A program made the translations under genes and the position numbers. The notes under the pieces were generated by a model, which did not search any database, was not told the DNA's origin, and saw only the letters and a list, made by a program, of their open reading frames with translations. This document shows positions 19,401 to 28,900 of a stretch of DNA of 43,003 bases, in pieces (the stretch's first letter is position 1; each line of letters starts with the position of its first letter). Origin of the DNA: a virus; IMG/VR virus record IMGVR_UViG_2597490185_000004, positions 1 to 43,003 of that record. One strand, written 5' to 3'.

Positions 19401-20749
19401 CGGATGCCAAAGCGCTTCTTGGCCTCCTCGTCCTCGATGTATTCAACATTTTGTTTGTAAAGGTCATCTTTGTCGTTATAAGTAACAACGGCAACGGTTG
19501 GACGATCTTTTCGTGAAGACCCCTTACGAACGACTTTATCGATGATATTTGCTGCCGAAAACTGCATAACAGGTGTAGCTGGACTGTCTTGTCGGAGATT
19601 GATCATACCGCCAGCCCAAAACACCATGCCCCGGAATACTGATGCAATGTCAGAGATGACCTTATACGCTTCCTGACGGCTTACAATCACGGTATTAATC
19701 GTGAACCGTTTTTCCATCCCACCGAAGCCATCAGGAACTTCTTGATCACAATAGCGCCCTATCTGATAGAACTGTCCTTTGTCTATCATCGATTCATTAA
19801 CGAAATTCCCTAGACCATATCGTTTATTGATAAGTAAGTCGTAGAGAATCCATGCAGGGTTAGATGACACCTGAATATCAAAGCCACCATCCCAGTCACC
19901 TTGGTAGGTGTTATCGGTAGGAAGATAGTTTGAAGGAACCCGAATTTTCATCCCCGAAACAAGGTATGAGCGGCGAGGCATATTCCCGCCAAATTCCCGT
20001 GAATCAATGGTGATCCCAACAATCGCACTGTTAGGGTACGCCATTTTTGCAAATACGATTTCTCCGTAGGATGCCACTACGGTTTTGTTATGCAGATAAT
20101 CGCTATTGGTATCGGGTGTAAATCGAACGATCCGAATACGGTAGTTTTTGCCGGGTTTAGGCAAGTCAATAAAATATTCTCTCTGGAATTTACCGCTCGA
20201 TTTTTTGGCAACTGTAATTATATTATCTTCATGGCCTAACGGAATTACAGGCTTAAACGAATTATCGCCTATGGCTAATTGAAACTGGAATTTCACTTCC
20301 GCCCCATTTATGTCTCCGTTTTCTTTGTCAGTCGAGGTTATACGGGGAAATTCCATAATGATCCGCACGCGATCGGCATCATCATTGTCAATTTGCAACG
20401 TTTTAGGTTTAGTTGTTTTAAGCTCTGTTGCAACATTATAAGGGGTTTCAATGTCGCCAAAACCATCTATTGGGGCTTGGTTTTGCTCTCCCCTCCTTTC
20501 CCAAAACTTCACTCCATTGAAGTTTGATGAGCTGTCAGGATTCAACAAAGGTACATTGTCCAAGAAAATAGACTGGCCGCCATTTTTCAGACCACCAATT
20601 GCACCTTCGCCCAACAGATCCAATATTGAAGCGAGTGTTTTAGATTCAACGTTGTCGGGCGCTTCAACTGACTGCCTGGGGCTGTCGTTGTTCTCGCCAC
20701 CACCAGCCCCCGCTATGATCACTTTTTCTTTTTTCACCGCAATCTCCAT
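16475..20749 (-). CDS. Central tail tip / host specificity protein (lambda gpJ-like)
   Basis: LDLLGEGAIGGL, AYPNSAIVG, SSNPAWILYDLL, YQIGRYCDQEVPDGFGG, FN3-like domains, a coiled coil and the C-terminal GVLRVRLG. Confidence 0.93.
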   Translation of the reverse strand: MEIAVKKEKVIIAGAGGGENNDSPRQSVEAPDNVESKTLASILDLLGEGAIGGLKNGGQSIFLDNVPLLNPDSSSNFNGVKFWERRGEQNQAPIDGFGDIETPYNVATELKTTKPKTLQIDNDDADRVRIIMEFPRITSTDKENGDINGAEVKFQFQLAIGDNSFKPVIPLGHEDNIITVAKKSSGKFQREYFIDLPKPGKNYRIRIVRFTPDTNSDYLHNKTVVASYGEIVFAKMAYPNSAIVGITIDSREFGGNMPRRSYLVSGMKIRVPSNYLPTDNTYQGDWDGGFDIQVSSNPAWILYDLLINKRYGLGNFVNESMIDKGQFYQIGRYCDQEVPDGFGGMEKRFTINTVIVSRQEAYKVISDIASVFRGMVFWAGGMINLRQDSPATPVMQFSAANIIDKVVRKGSSRKDRPTVAVVTYNDKDDLYKQNVEYIEDEEAKKRFGIRKTESLAFGCTSRGQAYRTGLWLLYTAKMETDVVIFKAGIDSSFLVPGELVKLQDKYRSGKRNSGRIKSFTKNSITLDASVRLDKEGAFITFLTADSRMIDRNLLELAGEYQIVTFKEPIKAGDEPVEMGVWTVTEPDLEPVLIRVLSVKESDEKGTFEITGVEHNPSKFEAIDRGAILIPPKSSVLDPTFSKPVGLQVMETTYLSSPGNLAVKLIVSWEGRSPKYVVRYRRSDVIDNWILMEVTDNQCEILNVADNANYDIEVFAISITGRRTETLVTVYKTLGTLMPPGAPKNLVAVGDYRQIVLTWVNPDSIDLDTIYVYGSKTNNLETASLLAKIPSTTFTHSGLDDDIAWFYWVRAINKRGMLSLVNSNLGTQAATKDVLSFLKNKITSSELGKELLEEIDTKAAKGDLDAIHDLIGKSETKIDAIQDLVDESDKKIDEIGKITGEIKVSQESLNSSVETVKENAKKALQDAGDNASKITKIKNTVDEQNKKFASTLEAIQTVKGNIETVLLEEKNARIEGDKATTEKVELIETKINSHDAVIKRAESTVIGAEKTIARVSGSVEAVAKAAIDTALKGEEEVREQRETNAKIFTDQKVIVDGQQALSQKIETMTAEFNQNIKAQLNEEKQTRANSDEALSKQVTQLKSEVNQNIKAQLSEEKQTRANADEALSKQITQLRSEVGTDIKAQLDKEKSTRATKDSALAQSVEHLKAQTSKDIEAAVLAEKNARTTADESLATQVYSLSAKTTKDIASAVANEANARTTKDEALAGEISKVLAKANANEAAVKSEQSARANGDSALGKRVDTVQANLNENTVIVQQTTKAVAEINGKISASWNLKIETTKDGKNYAAGLALGVNNTVSQFLVQADRFGLVNVNNSVVTTPFVVENGVTYMNAAYIKNGSISSGKVGDLQSDNYSSGRTGWRLGKNGQLEMNGQTSGQGRLNISNNRIDVYDEKGVLRVRLGLL
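17030..17545 (-). repeat. About five degenerate 33-aa (99-bp) tandem repeats in the gpJ coiled coil
   Basis: NIKAQLNEEKQTRANSDEALSKQVTQLKSEV / NIKAQLSEEKQTRANADEALSKQITQLRSEV / DIKAQLDKEKSTRATKDSALAQSVEHLKAQT, and further more degenerate copies. Confidence 0.8.
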
Positions 20750-20760
20750 ATCACAGTTAT

Positions 20761-20778
20761 TAGGTATTTATCAACTTA
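20761..20778. promoter_or_regulatory. 18-bp palindromic operator-like box (1 mismatch)
   Basis: TAGGTA-TTTATC-AACTTA, 12 bp upstream of the J start, with a minus-strand TATAAT adjacent. Confidence 0.6.
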
Positions 20779-20924
20779 TTATAATGAATTAATTTATAGA
20801 CGAATACAATTATGAAACTATAAATAAATAGTCTATGTTTCAGTACGATAGAACGAAAAACACCGTTAGTCAGTGATTACATCACGGTAAAAGAAATAGA
20901 AATGAATTTTATAATATTACAAAA

Positions 20925-20944
20925 AGAGGCTTTAATTAGCCTCT
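20925..20944. repeat. Left copy of a 20-bp target-site duplication (terminator hairpin)
   Basis: AGAGGCT-TTAATT-AGCCTCT; 19/20 identical to 23348-23367. Confidence 0.85.
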
Positions 20945-20996
20945 CAAGTTACTGACAAAATGCTGGCTTTTTATCTGGCACTTTGTCAGTAACCTG
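20945..20996. mobile_element. 52-bp miniature inverted-repeat element (IS1182/IS5-like ends)
   Basis: CAAGTTACTGACAAAATGC ... GCACTTTGTCAGTAACCTG is a 17/19 inverted match. It shares TTTTTATCTGGCAC with the element at 23151-23347. Confidence 0.75.
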
Positions 20997-21016
20997 AGCT
21001 GGAAACATTTCCGGCT
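20997..21016 (-). terminator. Hairpin just downstream of birA
   Basis: AGCTGGAAA-CA-TTTCCGGCT, with 8 of 9 positions complementary. Confidence 0.5.
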
Positions 21017-21022
21017 TTATAT

Positions 21023-21982
21023 TCAACAACCTCTCAAGGATATTTCTCCACCAATATAAGGTGTAACTACACCATTAATATCAAGAAGTAATGCACCTTG
21101 TTGGTCAATTCCTCGGGCGATTCCGCAAGTTTCTTGATCACCAATAATTAATTTCACAGGGCGATTAATAAAATTATCTAATTCAAACCATCTCGAAATA
21201 AAAGGAGATAACCCTTCTTTTTCAAACTGCACGAGCGCTTTTTTAAGTTCAATGATGATTTCAGCAACTAATTTATTCCGCTCAACTGTCATGCCTGTAT
21301 GCAATAAACTGGTTGATTTTTGATTAATTATTTTCTGTTGTTCATTACTTATCGAAATATTGATCCCTATTCCGATCACAATTTGTGCAGCATCCCCTGT
21401 TTTCCCTGTCAATTCAACCAATATTCCAGCCAGTTTTTTATCATCCAAATACAAATCATTTGGCCATTTTACCTTTACGTTTTTCGCTCCTTGCCGATTA
21501 AGTACTTCTGCAATCACAATCCCAACAACTAAGCTTAAGCCTATTGCTGCCGCCGGCCCTTGCTCTAAGCGCCAATACATGGATAAATATAAGTTCCGCC
21601 CAAATGCTGAGATCCATTGCCTACCTCGGCGTCCTCTTCCTGCATACTGATATTCTGCAACGCAGGAATCACCTGAATTAAGCTCAGGCAGCTTCTCCAG
21701 CAGATATTGATTCGTTGAATCAATAACAGGGATTACCTCAATGTGATCATTTGGAAGATAATCTGCAATAATTTTGCTATCAAGAAGGTCCATTGATATT
21801 GGGAAGCAGTAACCTTTTCCCGGAAGGGTCAAAACCTCAACTCCCCATTCACGGATTGTCTGAATATGTTTATTGATCCCTGCCCGGCTCATTCCCAATT
21901 CTTGACCAAGTTGCTGCCCAGAATGAACTTCACCATCTGATAAAAATTTAATTAGTTTTAACGGAATACTAATATCTTTCAT
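21023..21982 (-). CDS. birA: Bifunctional biotin-[acetyl-CoA carboxylase] ligase / biotin operon repressor
   Basis: N-terminal HTH (HSGQQLGQELGMSRAGINKHI), IDSTNQYL, AEYQYAGRGRRGRQW and KVKWPNDLY..DKKLAGILVE. The start overlaps the murB stop (ATGA). Confidence 0.98.
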   Translation of the reverse strand: MKDISIPLKLIKFLSDGEVHSGQQLGQELGMSRAGINKHIQTIREWGVEVLTLPGKGYCFPISMDLLDSKIIADYLPNDHIEVIPVIDSTNQYLLEKLPELNSGDSCVAEYQYAGRGRRGRQWISAFGRNLYLSMYWRLEQGPAAAIGLSLVVGIVIAEVLNRQGAKNVKVKWPNDLYLDDKKLAGILVELTGKTGDAAQIVIGIGINISISNEQQKIINQKSTSLLHTGMTVERNKLVAEIIIELKKALVQFEKEGLSPFISRWFELDNFINRPVKLIIGDQETCGIARGIDQQGALLLDINGVVTPYIGGEISLRGC

Positions 21983-23019
21983 GAAATACATTCCACCGCA
22001 TCTATCTCACCCTCACTACCGATAAAGCGTACTTCAGGCTCTAAATGAATATTAAACTTTTCGGCTACTTTATTTCGGACATAAGCAGCTAATGCAACAA
22101 TATCCTGCCCTGTTGCATTTCCTTTGTTAATTAATACTAATGCCTGGTTTGTATGAATAGCCGCATCGCCAACGGAATATCCTTTTAAATCACATTGTTC
22201 AATCAACCACCCTGCTGTAATTTTTACACTATGCTCATTAACGCAATACTGAGGGCAATCTGGGTATGTAAATTTAATTTTCTGAGCTAATGCTGCTGAT
22301 ATGATAGGGTTTTTAAAGAAACTCCCCGCATTGCCCATTATTGCAGGATCGGGTAACTTACTCTGGCGAATTTCACACACCATATTAAATACTTGCTCTG
22401 GAGTCACATCTTCTCGCGAGAATTTAGCCAAACCACCATAAGTTAACGTTGGCTCCCAGATTTTATTCAAACGTAACCCGACGGCAGTAATAGCGTAATC
22501 ATCTTTATATTGATGTTTGAATATACTATCTCTATAGCCAAATTGACACGCATTGGCCATTAGACGAATTGAATTTCCCGTTTTCAGCTCAATAAGCTCC
22601 ACATACTCACAGACATCTTTAAATTCAACGCCATATGCGCCGATATTCTGAATAGGGGCAGAGCCTACATTTCCGGGAATTAACGCTAAGTTTTCCAAAC
22701 CGTAAATCTGTTGGTTGAGCAAAGAGATGATCAATTGATGCCAATTTTCACCTGCACCAACATGAACATGCCAAGCTGTATCAGACTCTTGTATATTAAT
22801 ACCAAGAATGCGGTTTAGGATCACAGTACCTTTAAAATCGTCGGTGAAAAGAACGTTACTTCCTCCTCCCAACAATAAAATAGGATGATTCTTTTCCATT
22901 GCTTCTCGCCATAAGGTCAGAAGAAATTCAATAGAGGTGGCTATACCGATATGATCGGCGCTGGCTGAAATGCCAAACGTGTTGAACGCTTTTAGTTGGG
23001 TAGATTGACAAACAGACAT
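21979..23019 (-). CDS. murB: UDP-N-acetylenolpyruvoylglucosamine reductase
   Basis: LGGGSNVLF, GAGENWH, LENLALIPGNVGSAPIQNIGAYG, CQFGYRDSIFK, GNAGSFFKNP and LEPEVRFI. Confidence 0.98.
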   Translation of the reverse strand: MSVCQSTQLKAFNTFGISASADHIGIATSIEFLLTLWREAMEKNHPILLLGGGSNVLFTDDFKGTVILNRILGINIQESDTAWHVHVGAGENWHQLIISLLNQQIYGLENLALIPGNVGSAPIQNIGAYGVEFKDVCEYVELIELKTGNSIRLMANACQFGYRDSIFKHQYKDDYAITAVGLRLNKIWEPTLTYGGLAKFSREDVTPEQVFNMVCEIRQSKLPDPAIMGNAGSFFKNPIISAALAQKIKFTYPDCPQYCVNEHSVKITAGWLIEQCDLKGYSVGDAAIHTNQALVLINKGNATGQDIVALAAYVRNKVAEKFNIHLEPEVRFIGSEGEIDAVECIS

Positions 23020-23127
23020 TCACTTTAGGCTCAATAGGTAATTTAAGCCGCAGTCTATCAGACTCTATATTTGAAAGGTAAATAGTTACCCAATACCTAC
23101 CTGTTAATAAAATATAAGAGAGCTAGA

Positions 23128-23151
23128 AAAGCCACTCATTAGAGTGGCTTT
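23128..23151 (-). terminator. Intrinsic terminator upstream of murB
   Basis: AAAGCCACTC-ATTA-GAGTGGCTTT, a perfect 10-bp stem. Confidence 0.75.
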
Positions 23152-23347
23152 AGATTACTGACAAAGGGTTTTTTATCTGGCACCTTATTGGTTTTATCTG
23201 TGATTCAGCCGTGCATTTATCGGGTCAAAAACCCAATCATGCTCAGGAAAAGACGTGTCGGGGATAAATAAGGAAAAATCGGAAGATAATGGTTGATAAT
23301 GAATACCGCAAACCCCGCTACTTTCAACGAGGTTTGTCAGCGGTCAG
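23151..23347. mobile_element. 197-bp MITE (IS1182/IS5-like ends)
   Basis: TAGATTACTGACAAA ... TTTGTCAGCGGTCAG terminal inverted repeats with no coding capacity. It abuts a hairpin at each end. Confidence 0.75.
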
Positions 23348-23367
23348 AGAAGCTTTAATTAGCCTCT
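23348..23367. repeat. Right copy of the 20-bp target-site duplication
   Basis: AGAAGCTTTAATTAGCCTCT, followed by TTTGTTTTTT. Confidence 0.85.
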
Positions 23368-23424
23368 TTTGTTTTTTAAGCCACGAAAAGACCTTTAATC
23401 TCATCCAGATCCAGTTCTAATGGC

Positions 23425-24039
23425 TCAGTTAATTAATTGTTCTACGGACAATTTAAGACTGATTAACTGAGAACCAACGAGGATTTCTTCACCGTAAATA
23501 ATAGGCACAGGTGCACCCTGTTCTACTGTATTTTGAGGGCCGTCAAAGTAAGTTGAGTTTTTACGATTATCAGCGCCTCCTGTATAGGGGTTAGGTGTTT
23601 TTGTAAGAAGCCCCATAACTCCACCAATCAACATTGATGCTCCTGCTAACGCTAATGCATAGTTTTGAGTATAAAGACCGACCACAATCAAAACAGCCCC
23701 AATAACTGCCTGAATAGCACCCATAACCTTAGCGCCAGCCCCCCGATAGATGGGAGTAACGCAAACATGAACCATATCCCCATGATTTTCCATCTGGTAT
23801 TCAGTTTCACTCATATCTCGTATTGTGCCGTTAGCTCTGGTCACACGGATATGGTATTTCTGGTACTTTGTAGCATTCTGTTTCATCCAGGCGAGCACCC
23901 CCTGTCTATTGCAGTTAATGATGCTAATGCCCTGCCGTACCGTAATACATTTGACTCTGTGCTCTTTGCCAAACTTCTTACCCAACACGCCACCAAATTC
24001 AAACGTGACTAAATTAGGCTCTTTTACTTTTTCACTCAT
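23425..24039 (-). CDS. Tail assembly protein I-like
   Basis: GVLGKKFGKEH N-terminus, hydrophobic centre and STYFDGPQNTVEQGAPVPIIYGE; L-K-I-J synteny. Confidence 0.9.
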   Translation of the reverse strand: MSEKVKEPNLVTFEFGGVLGKKFGKEHRVKCITVRQGISIINCNRQGVLAWMKQNATKYQKYHIRVTRANGTIRDMSETEYQMENHGDMVHVCVTPIYRGAGAKVMGAIQAVIGAVLIVVGLYTQNYALALAGASMLIGGVMGLLTKTPNPYTGGADNRKNSTYFDGPQNTVEQGAPVPIIYGEEILVGSQLISLKLSVEQLIN

Positions 24040-24809
24040 AGCAATTCCTTATGCCGTAAATGATGGATCGTTGTTTTCTGATACATTCCACCGTAAACTG
24101 CTTTGCAGCTTAAGCGGTCAGATTGGTGGTGCAAAATCAGGTTATCACCAATATAAACCGCACAATGATCGGGCATTTTTGCTCCTATCTTCATAAGAAA
24201 CAGATCACCTCGTTTGGGCTGTGTTCCGTAAGGCAGTTTAACAAACCCTTGTTCAGCAAAGTTTTCACTGAGAATATCTTTATCACCATCCCACCAATTG
24301 GGGATATGAAGATGCGAACATGCTCCCACCTGAATATTAAATTCCCGTTTGAGATAGTCACGGCATAACATCCAACAATCAAAGACGCCAAAAGCGTAAG
24401 GCCGCCCCTCATAAGGCATCTCAAAACCATTAGGGGTAATAACATTCACATCACTTATAATGAATTCACTGTCAATTTCAGGGTTATAGTTTTTTGTCAC
24501 GTTAATGATAAACCAAGGAATTTCAGAGGATTCACAGCCAGCCAGATCCGCTTCACTGGCCTTATTTGTTCTATCCGTATGGCTATGCCATACCCCTACG
24601 ACTTCCCCTTTATTTTCTGCTGCTATTTGATCCTCTGCATCCATGACAAAGAAATTAACAGGGTCTTCCGCAACGTTTTTACACAACACAAGTTCATACT
24701 TGGCTCTTTTCGTATTAACCAACAATCCACAAGCCTCATTAGGATAAGTTTGGATTGCCGCCTGTTGCATTGCCAAGTATAAAGCTGTATTCATCATTTC
24801 TTGGATCAT
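24036..24809 (-). CDS. Tail assembly protein K-like (JAB/MPN + NlpC/P60)
   Basis: YPNEACGLL, VWHSH, SEAD, GVFDCW, DHCAVYIG and ILHH. Confidence 0.93.
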   Translation of the reverse strand: MIQEMMNTALYLAMQQAAIQTYPNEACGLLVNTKRAKYELVLCKNVAEDPVNFFVMDAEDQIAAENKGEVVGVWHSHTDRTNKASEADLAGCESSEIPWFIINVTKNYNPEIDSEFIISDVNVITPNGFEMPYEGRPYAFGVFDCWMLCRDYLKREFNIQVGACSHLHIPNWWDGDKDILSENFAEQGFVKLPYGTQPKRGDLFLMKIGAKMPDHCAVYIGDNLILHHQSDRLSCKAVYGGMYQKTTIHHLRHKELL

Positions 24810-25513
24810 GCTCGTGTTGCCCCCGGAAAGCCGCCAAACATAATGATGCCATCAGCAAAGTAATTCTTCCGTGCTCGGCAACTGGATAACCGCTTAGGGC
24901 AAAAGTCTGCTCCGGGGATAGAAGTCGGTTTGTCATCTTTATCAAAAGCAGGGCCAGTATATCCACACTCTGCACTACGATAATTCCACTGACAAGAATT
25001 ACGGATCACTTGTCGGTTAGGAAGCTGTACCCCCATTAAGTCATAAACTGACGCCAGTTCAAACTCCACTATTTCGCAGGTCTCAAGCGTTTTCTGGTCG
25101 ATAAACCATATATCATCAGGAAAAGACTGTTCGGGATTTGCATCAGGATTGACGCCATCAGGGAAATTCTCGGCATCAAGAAAACACTGCATCGTTCGCT
25201 TGCGTGTCACCTGACAACCTAACAAATCGTCTTTAGTTTGTAGTTCTGCCGAAATCATCCCATGCAGATTAACGACTTTTAATTTAGGTCTTGGAAGTTT
25301 ACCTTCTCCACTAATGTCAAATCCTGTTGCCTTGATTGGCATAGGTTGGTAAGTCTTACCCTGCCATATAACAGGTTGATTCACATCATTTGTACCAGCG
25401 TGAAAATAGAATCGCCCTCCCCCAGTATTTTGGGGAAGATCGATAATGAAAAATTCAAATATAGAATCTGGTGATAGCAATTGAATTTGCTGTCTGATTG
25501 ACTTCACTGTCAT
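24806..25513 (-). CDS. Minor tail protein L-like
   Basis: FHAGTN, LPRPKL, FLDAENF, and the C-terminal Cys pattern CQWNYRSAECGY..C.KRLSSC..FGGFPG. Confidence 0.93.
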   Translation of the reverse strand: MTVKSIRQQIQLLSPDSIFEFFIIDLPQNTGGGRFYFHAGTNDVNQPVIWQGKTYQPMPIKATGFDISGEGKLPRPKLKVVNLHGMISAELQTKDDLLGCQVTRKRTMQCFLDAENFPDGVNPDANPEQSFPDDIWFIDQKTLETCEIVEFELASVYDLMGVQLPNRQVIRNSCQWNYRSAECGYTGPAFDKDDKPTSIPGADFCPKRLSSCRARKNYFADGIIMFGGFPGATRA

Positions 25514-25535
25514 TATGTTTCATTCCTTAAAATCA

Positions 25536-25560
25536 TGCTATTCCCAGTACGGGAATAGCA
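25536..25560. terminator. Intergenic hairpin between M and L
   Basis: TGCTATTCCC-AGTAC-GGGAATAGCA, a perfect 10-bp stem with only a weak U-tract. Confidence 0.45.
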
Positions 25561-25565
25561 CAGTT

Positions 25566-25898
25566 TTATTCGAATACTTGTCTGAATGTCGCTGTTAAGG
25601 TTGCACTTCCCTGACCTCTTGTAACATTAAAACCTTCACATACAATTAAATAAAGTTTTTTATCTGGAGATATCCAATTAAATGAATCTTTTCCACCATG
25701 TTCGTAAAGAAAATCTTCTATTTCTTGAATGAGGGGATAGCCCCCTTCAAATACCAGACTCCATTCGTACTTTCGCCAATTAAATCCCGACGTTAATCGT
25801 TGCTCATAACCTTCATCAAACGACTGTCTACTGATTGCCGGTTTGAAGTTTTTACGGGATTCAAATTTTGGATGCCACTTGAAGGTTTTCCGTTCCAT
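25566..25898 (-). CDS. Minor tail protein M-like (distal tail)
   Basis: TFKWHP, FDEGYEQR, FLYEHGGKDSFNW and LTATFRQVFE. Confidence 0.9.
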   Translation of the reverse strand: MERKTFKWHPKFESRKNFKPAISRQSFDEGYEQRLTSGFNWRKYEWSLVFEGGYPLIQEIEDFLYEHGGKDSFNWISPDKKLYLIVCEGFNVTRGQGSATLTATFRQVFE

Positions 25899-25901
25899 GT
25901 G

Positions 25902-28900
25902 TTACTCCGTTAACATACCACCAGGTCGTTTTTCTTCGGTCATTGTCTCAAGAACAATGGATTTAATTTTCTGAGCCGTCTCGTTCCATGCAGATTCATT
26001 GCTTGAGTTACTTTTTTCTTCTTTATCTCCTCCCTGATTGACTACAGAAATGGAGATAACAACATTCTTATCTGAACCTGCACCAATATCATCACCAGCG
26101 ATGTTCATATTCACGGGAATACGGCGACCATCAGGCAAAGGTACATAGGCTTCATTGTGCGATCCCTCACCGAAGAGTGCTAGTTGAGGTGAAGTTGCAA
26201 TGCCACCTTTTGAATAGGCTTTTAGCGGAATTTCGCCCAACGATCCCATAATGCCGCCTTTTGCAAAAGTGGAAGTATATGATTGCCAACTGGTTGACAT
26301 ACCCATTGCCCCCGTATTAGCCGCAGAACCTGCCGCTCCTACACCCGCGCTTGCTCCTCCACCATATCCGGCTGCTACTGTCGATCCAATTGTTCCTGCC
26401 ATTGATACAATAGAACCAGCAGTACTTGCTGAACTACTTGCCGTCAGAGATGCTATGAAACTTATAACGGCACTTCTTGCCAAACCTAGCGCAACTGAGA
26501 ATGAAGTCACTGTTGTGGTAGCTGAAATATCAGCGGCCGATTTTGTTTGGGTTGCGGTTGTACCGGTGATCATTGCCCATAATTGTTGTGCATAACCGGC
26601 AATAGTAGAGAAGATGCCATCTGATTGCATTGTCTTCAATGCACCGGTTGTTTCTGTGGCCGCCTTACCGAGAGCTTGAGTAGATTTAGCAATGCCATCG
26701 TCGCCTTCCTTAGCACTAGAGCCACCGAACATACTCCCTATGCTCCCTACAGCTCCACCGATTTTTGATATGAGGCTTTCTCCCGTATCTCCGCCAGCAC
26801 CTAAGCCTAATCCATTAATCATCGGTGAAATAACCATGCTGCGGATAAAGCTGCGTTGAAGCTCTTTAAAAATAAAATTACCGAAATCAGCAATATTAAA
26901 TTTACCGGTATCAAGAAATTCCATAAGCTTATCTTCGAGGTTATCGAAAATATTCTTCATGTTTTCGTCAATTAATTTACCCAGATTCTGGTAATCATAT
27001 GCCATTCTCGCCGTAGCGGTTTCAGTCATACGAACCATTGCTTCCTCTTTGCCAACATGGAACTTAGCCTGCTCTGCTTTGAGATATTTTGAGATTTCAA
27101 TATTATTCTCATTTGCCTTGATAATCTTGGCAAAATACTCGTCTGCTTCTTGGTGGTTTTTTTCAAACTCGCTACGCATTTCTGCAACGGATTGAGTCAT
27201 ATTGCCTTTAACTGTATTCGCAAAACCCGCCCATTTTGAGATAAGTTGATCCGCAGAATCTTTGGTTAATGCCTTTTGGTAATCGTCCGCTCCTGCGGTG
27301 ATTTCCGCTAGTTGTGCTTTGGCCTTATCTATCTGTTCTTGGCTTAGGATGCCATCTTCTGGTTTGGAGCTACCCAGTTTGGAAAGGCTTTTGGTTAGTG
27401 CATCAATTGATTGTTTATATTTAATAACTTCTGTACTGCCAAAACCGACTTTTTCCGCCACACTTTCGGCTTGATCGAGGATTTTTTTGTTCTCCTCGGC
27501 CATTTTCTCTGCAAGCCTTTTGGCCTTAGCTTCTTTTGATTCTCCTTGATGAGAGGATTTCCTGCGGTCGGCTTCATCTTGAATACGAGCATTAGCTAAA
27601 GCTACATCGATCTCCTTCTTCTCTGCTACTGAAAGTTTTGCGTAGGCCTCTGACAAATTATCAACGGCAATTTTTTTACCAACCAAAGCCTCTATAATTT
27701 GGAAATTAGCCTCTGCTTCTTTCTCTCCTTTCGCAATTCTGCCATCAATTGTGGCAACCTTTTCACCACTATTAATGCGATCACCTAACGAAAGCCGTTC
27801 ATTATTTTTCCTGATAGTAGATAATCTTTTTTCTAACGCATCATTCGCACCATCATTGAAGTTTCCATCAAGCCCTTTCCAGCCATTAAACATCAATTCT
27901 TTGCCGTCTTTAACCATTTGCGCAAGATTGCCGATCTGGTTAGCTATATCATAGTAATGTTTGCCAATTTCTTCTTTTTGCGATATTAGTTTTTGAAGAA
28001 ATACATCGTTTTTAGCTGCCACAGCATCACCTAATTCGGCTGTACGGTCAGCGATTTTTTTGTTAATTTCTTCTTGTTGTTTTCCAATAACATCTCGAAC
28101 TTTCACGAGGCCTAATCGTTGAGCTTCCACTTCCTCATCATAAGCGGCACCTAGATCTTCTGCTGCTTTTTTACGAATTTCTGCCTGCCGTTCTGTCGAG
28201 TCTTTGTTGGTTTGAAGGTCTGCATCTCTCTGTTTTTCTATATCCGAACGTTTCTTCTGGTAATCAGCTTGTCGGATATTTGCAGCTTTTTGGTTTTCTT
28301 CCATTACCAGCTCTAACTTCTTGCGCATATGCTCTTTTGCACGAGCAAGCTCGGAGGCTCGAATTAAATCTTGGTTGTTATCATAATCTTTCTGTGAATC
28401 TTGTTGCTTTTTTAATGCATCAGTGTATTTTTTTTCTACTCCTTCAATAACACTATCAGTTACAATCAATCCTGATTTTTTGTTATTGTAGATTTGTTCC
28501 CTATGCTCTAAAGCATCATTTAATTCTTTGTTTGATCTATCTAAAACCTCCTTTTGTTCTTTTAATTTAGCCTTAAGCAAAGCAAGTTGTTCATCTGTCA
28601 CCATGCTAGGCATGTTACGAGCTGCCTCTGTCGCATCTATAGCTTTTTGCTCAGCCTGTCCAAACCACCATGCAAGAGCGGCAACAATTTCAATAACTGT
28701 TGTGATAGCAGCAATGATAATATTTGCTTTCATAGCCATATTTAGGCTGCGCCATGCATAAGCCATTTGCCCGATTGCGACAGTTGCTACATTCAACGAG
28801 CCTCCCATACGCTGTGAACGTTCTGCAACCGTTGAAATATGTCGCCCAAAGCTAATCAGACCGCCACCACCCCCAGTGATCGTAGTCGCAATAGCTCTAT

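Larger units (their letters stand above)
20945..23347. mobile_element. Non-autonomous composite element (MITE-birA-murB-MITE), about 2.4 kb
   Basis: The outer ends CAAGTTACTGACAAA and TTTGTCAGCGGTCAG are imperfect inverted repeats, flanked exactly by the 20-bp direct repeat. No transposase lies inside. Confidence 0.8.

Noticed and set aside
23030-23100. TAGGTA/TACCTA-like half-sites upstream of murB resembling the phage box
   Set aside because: The best 18-mer has two mismatches and lies in host-derived DNA, so it is probably coincidental.
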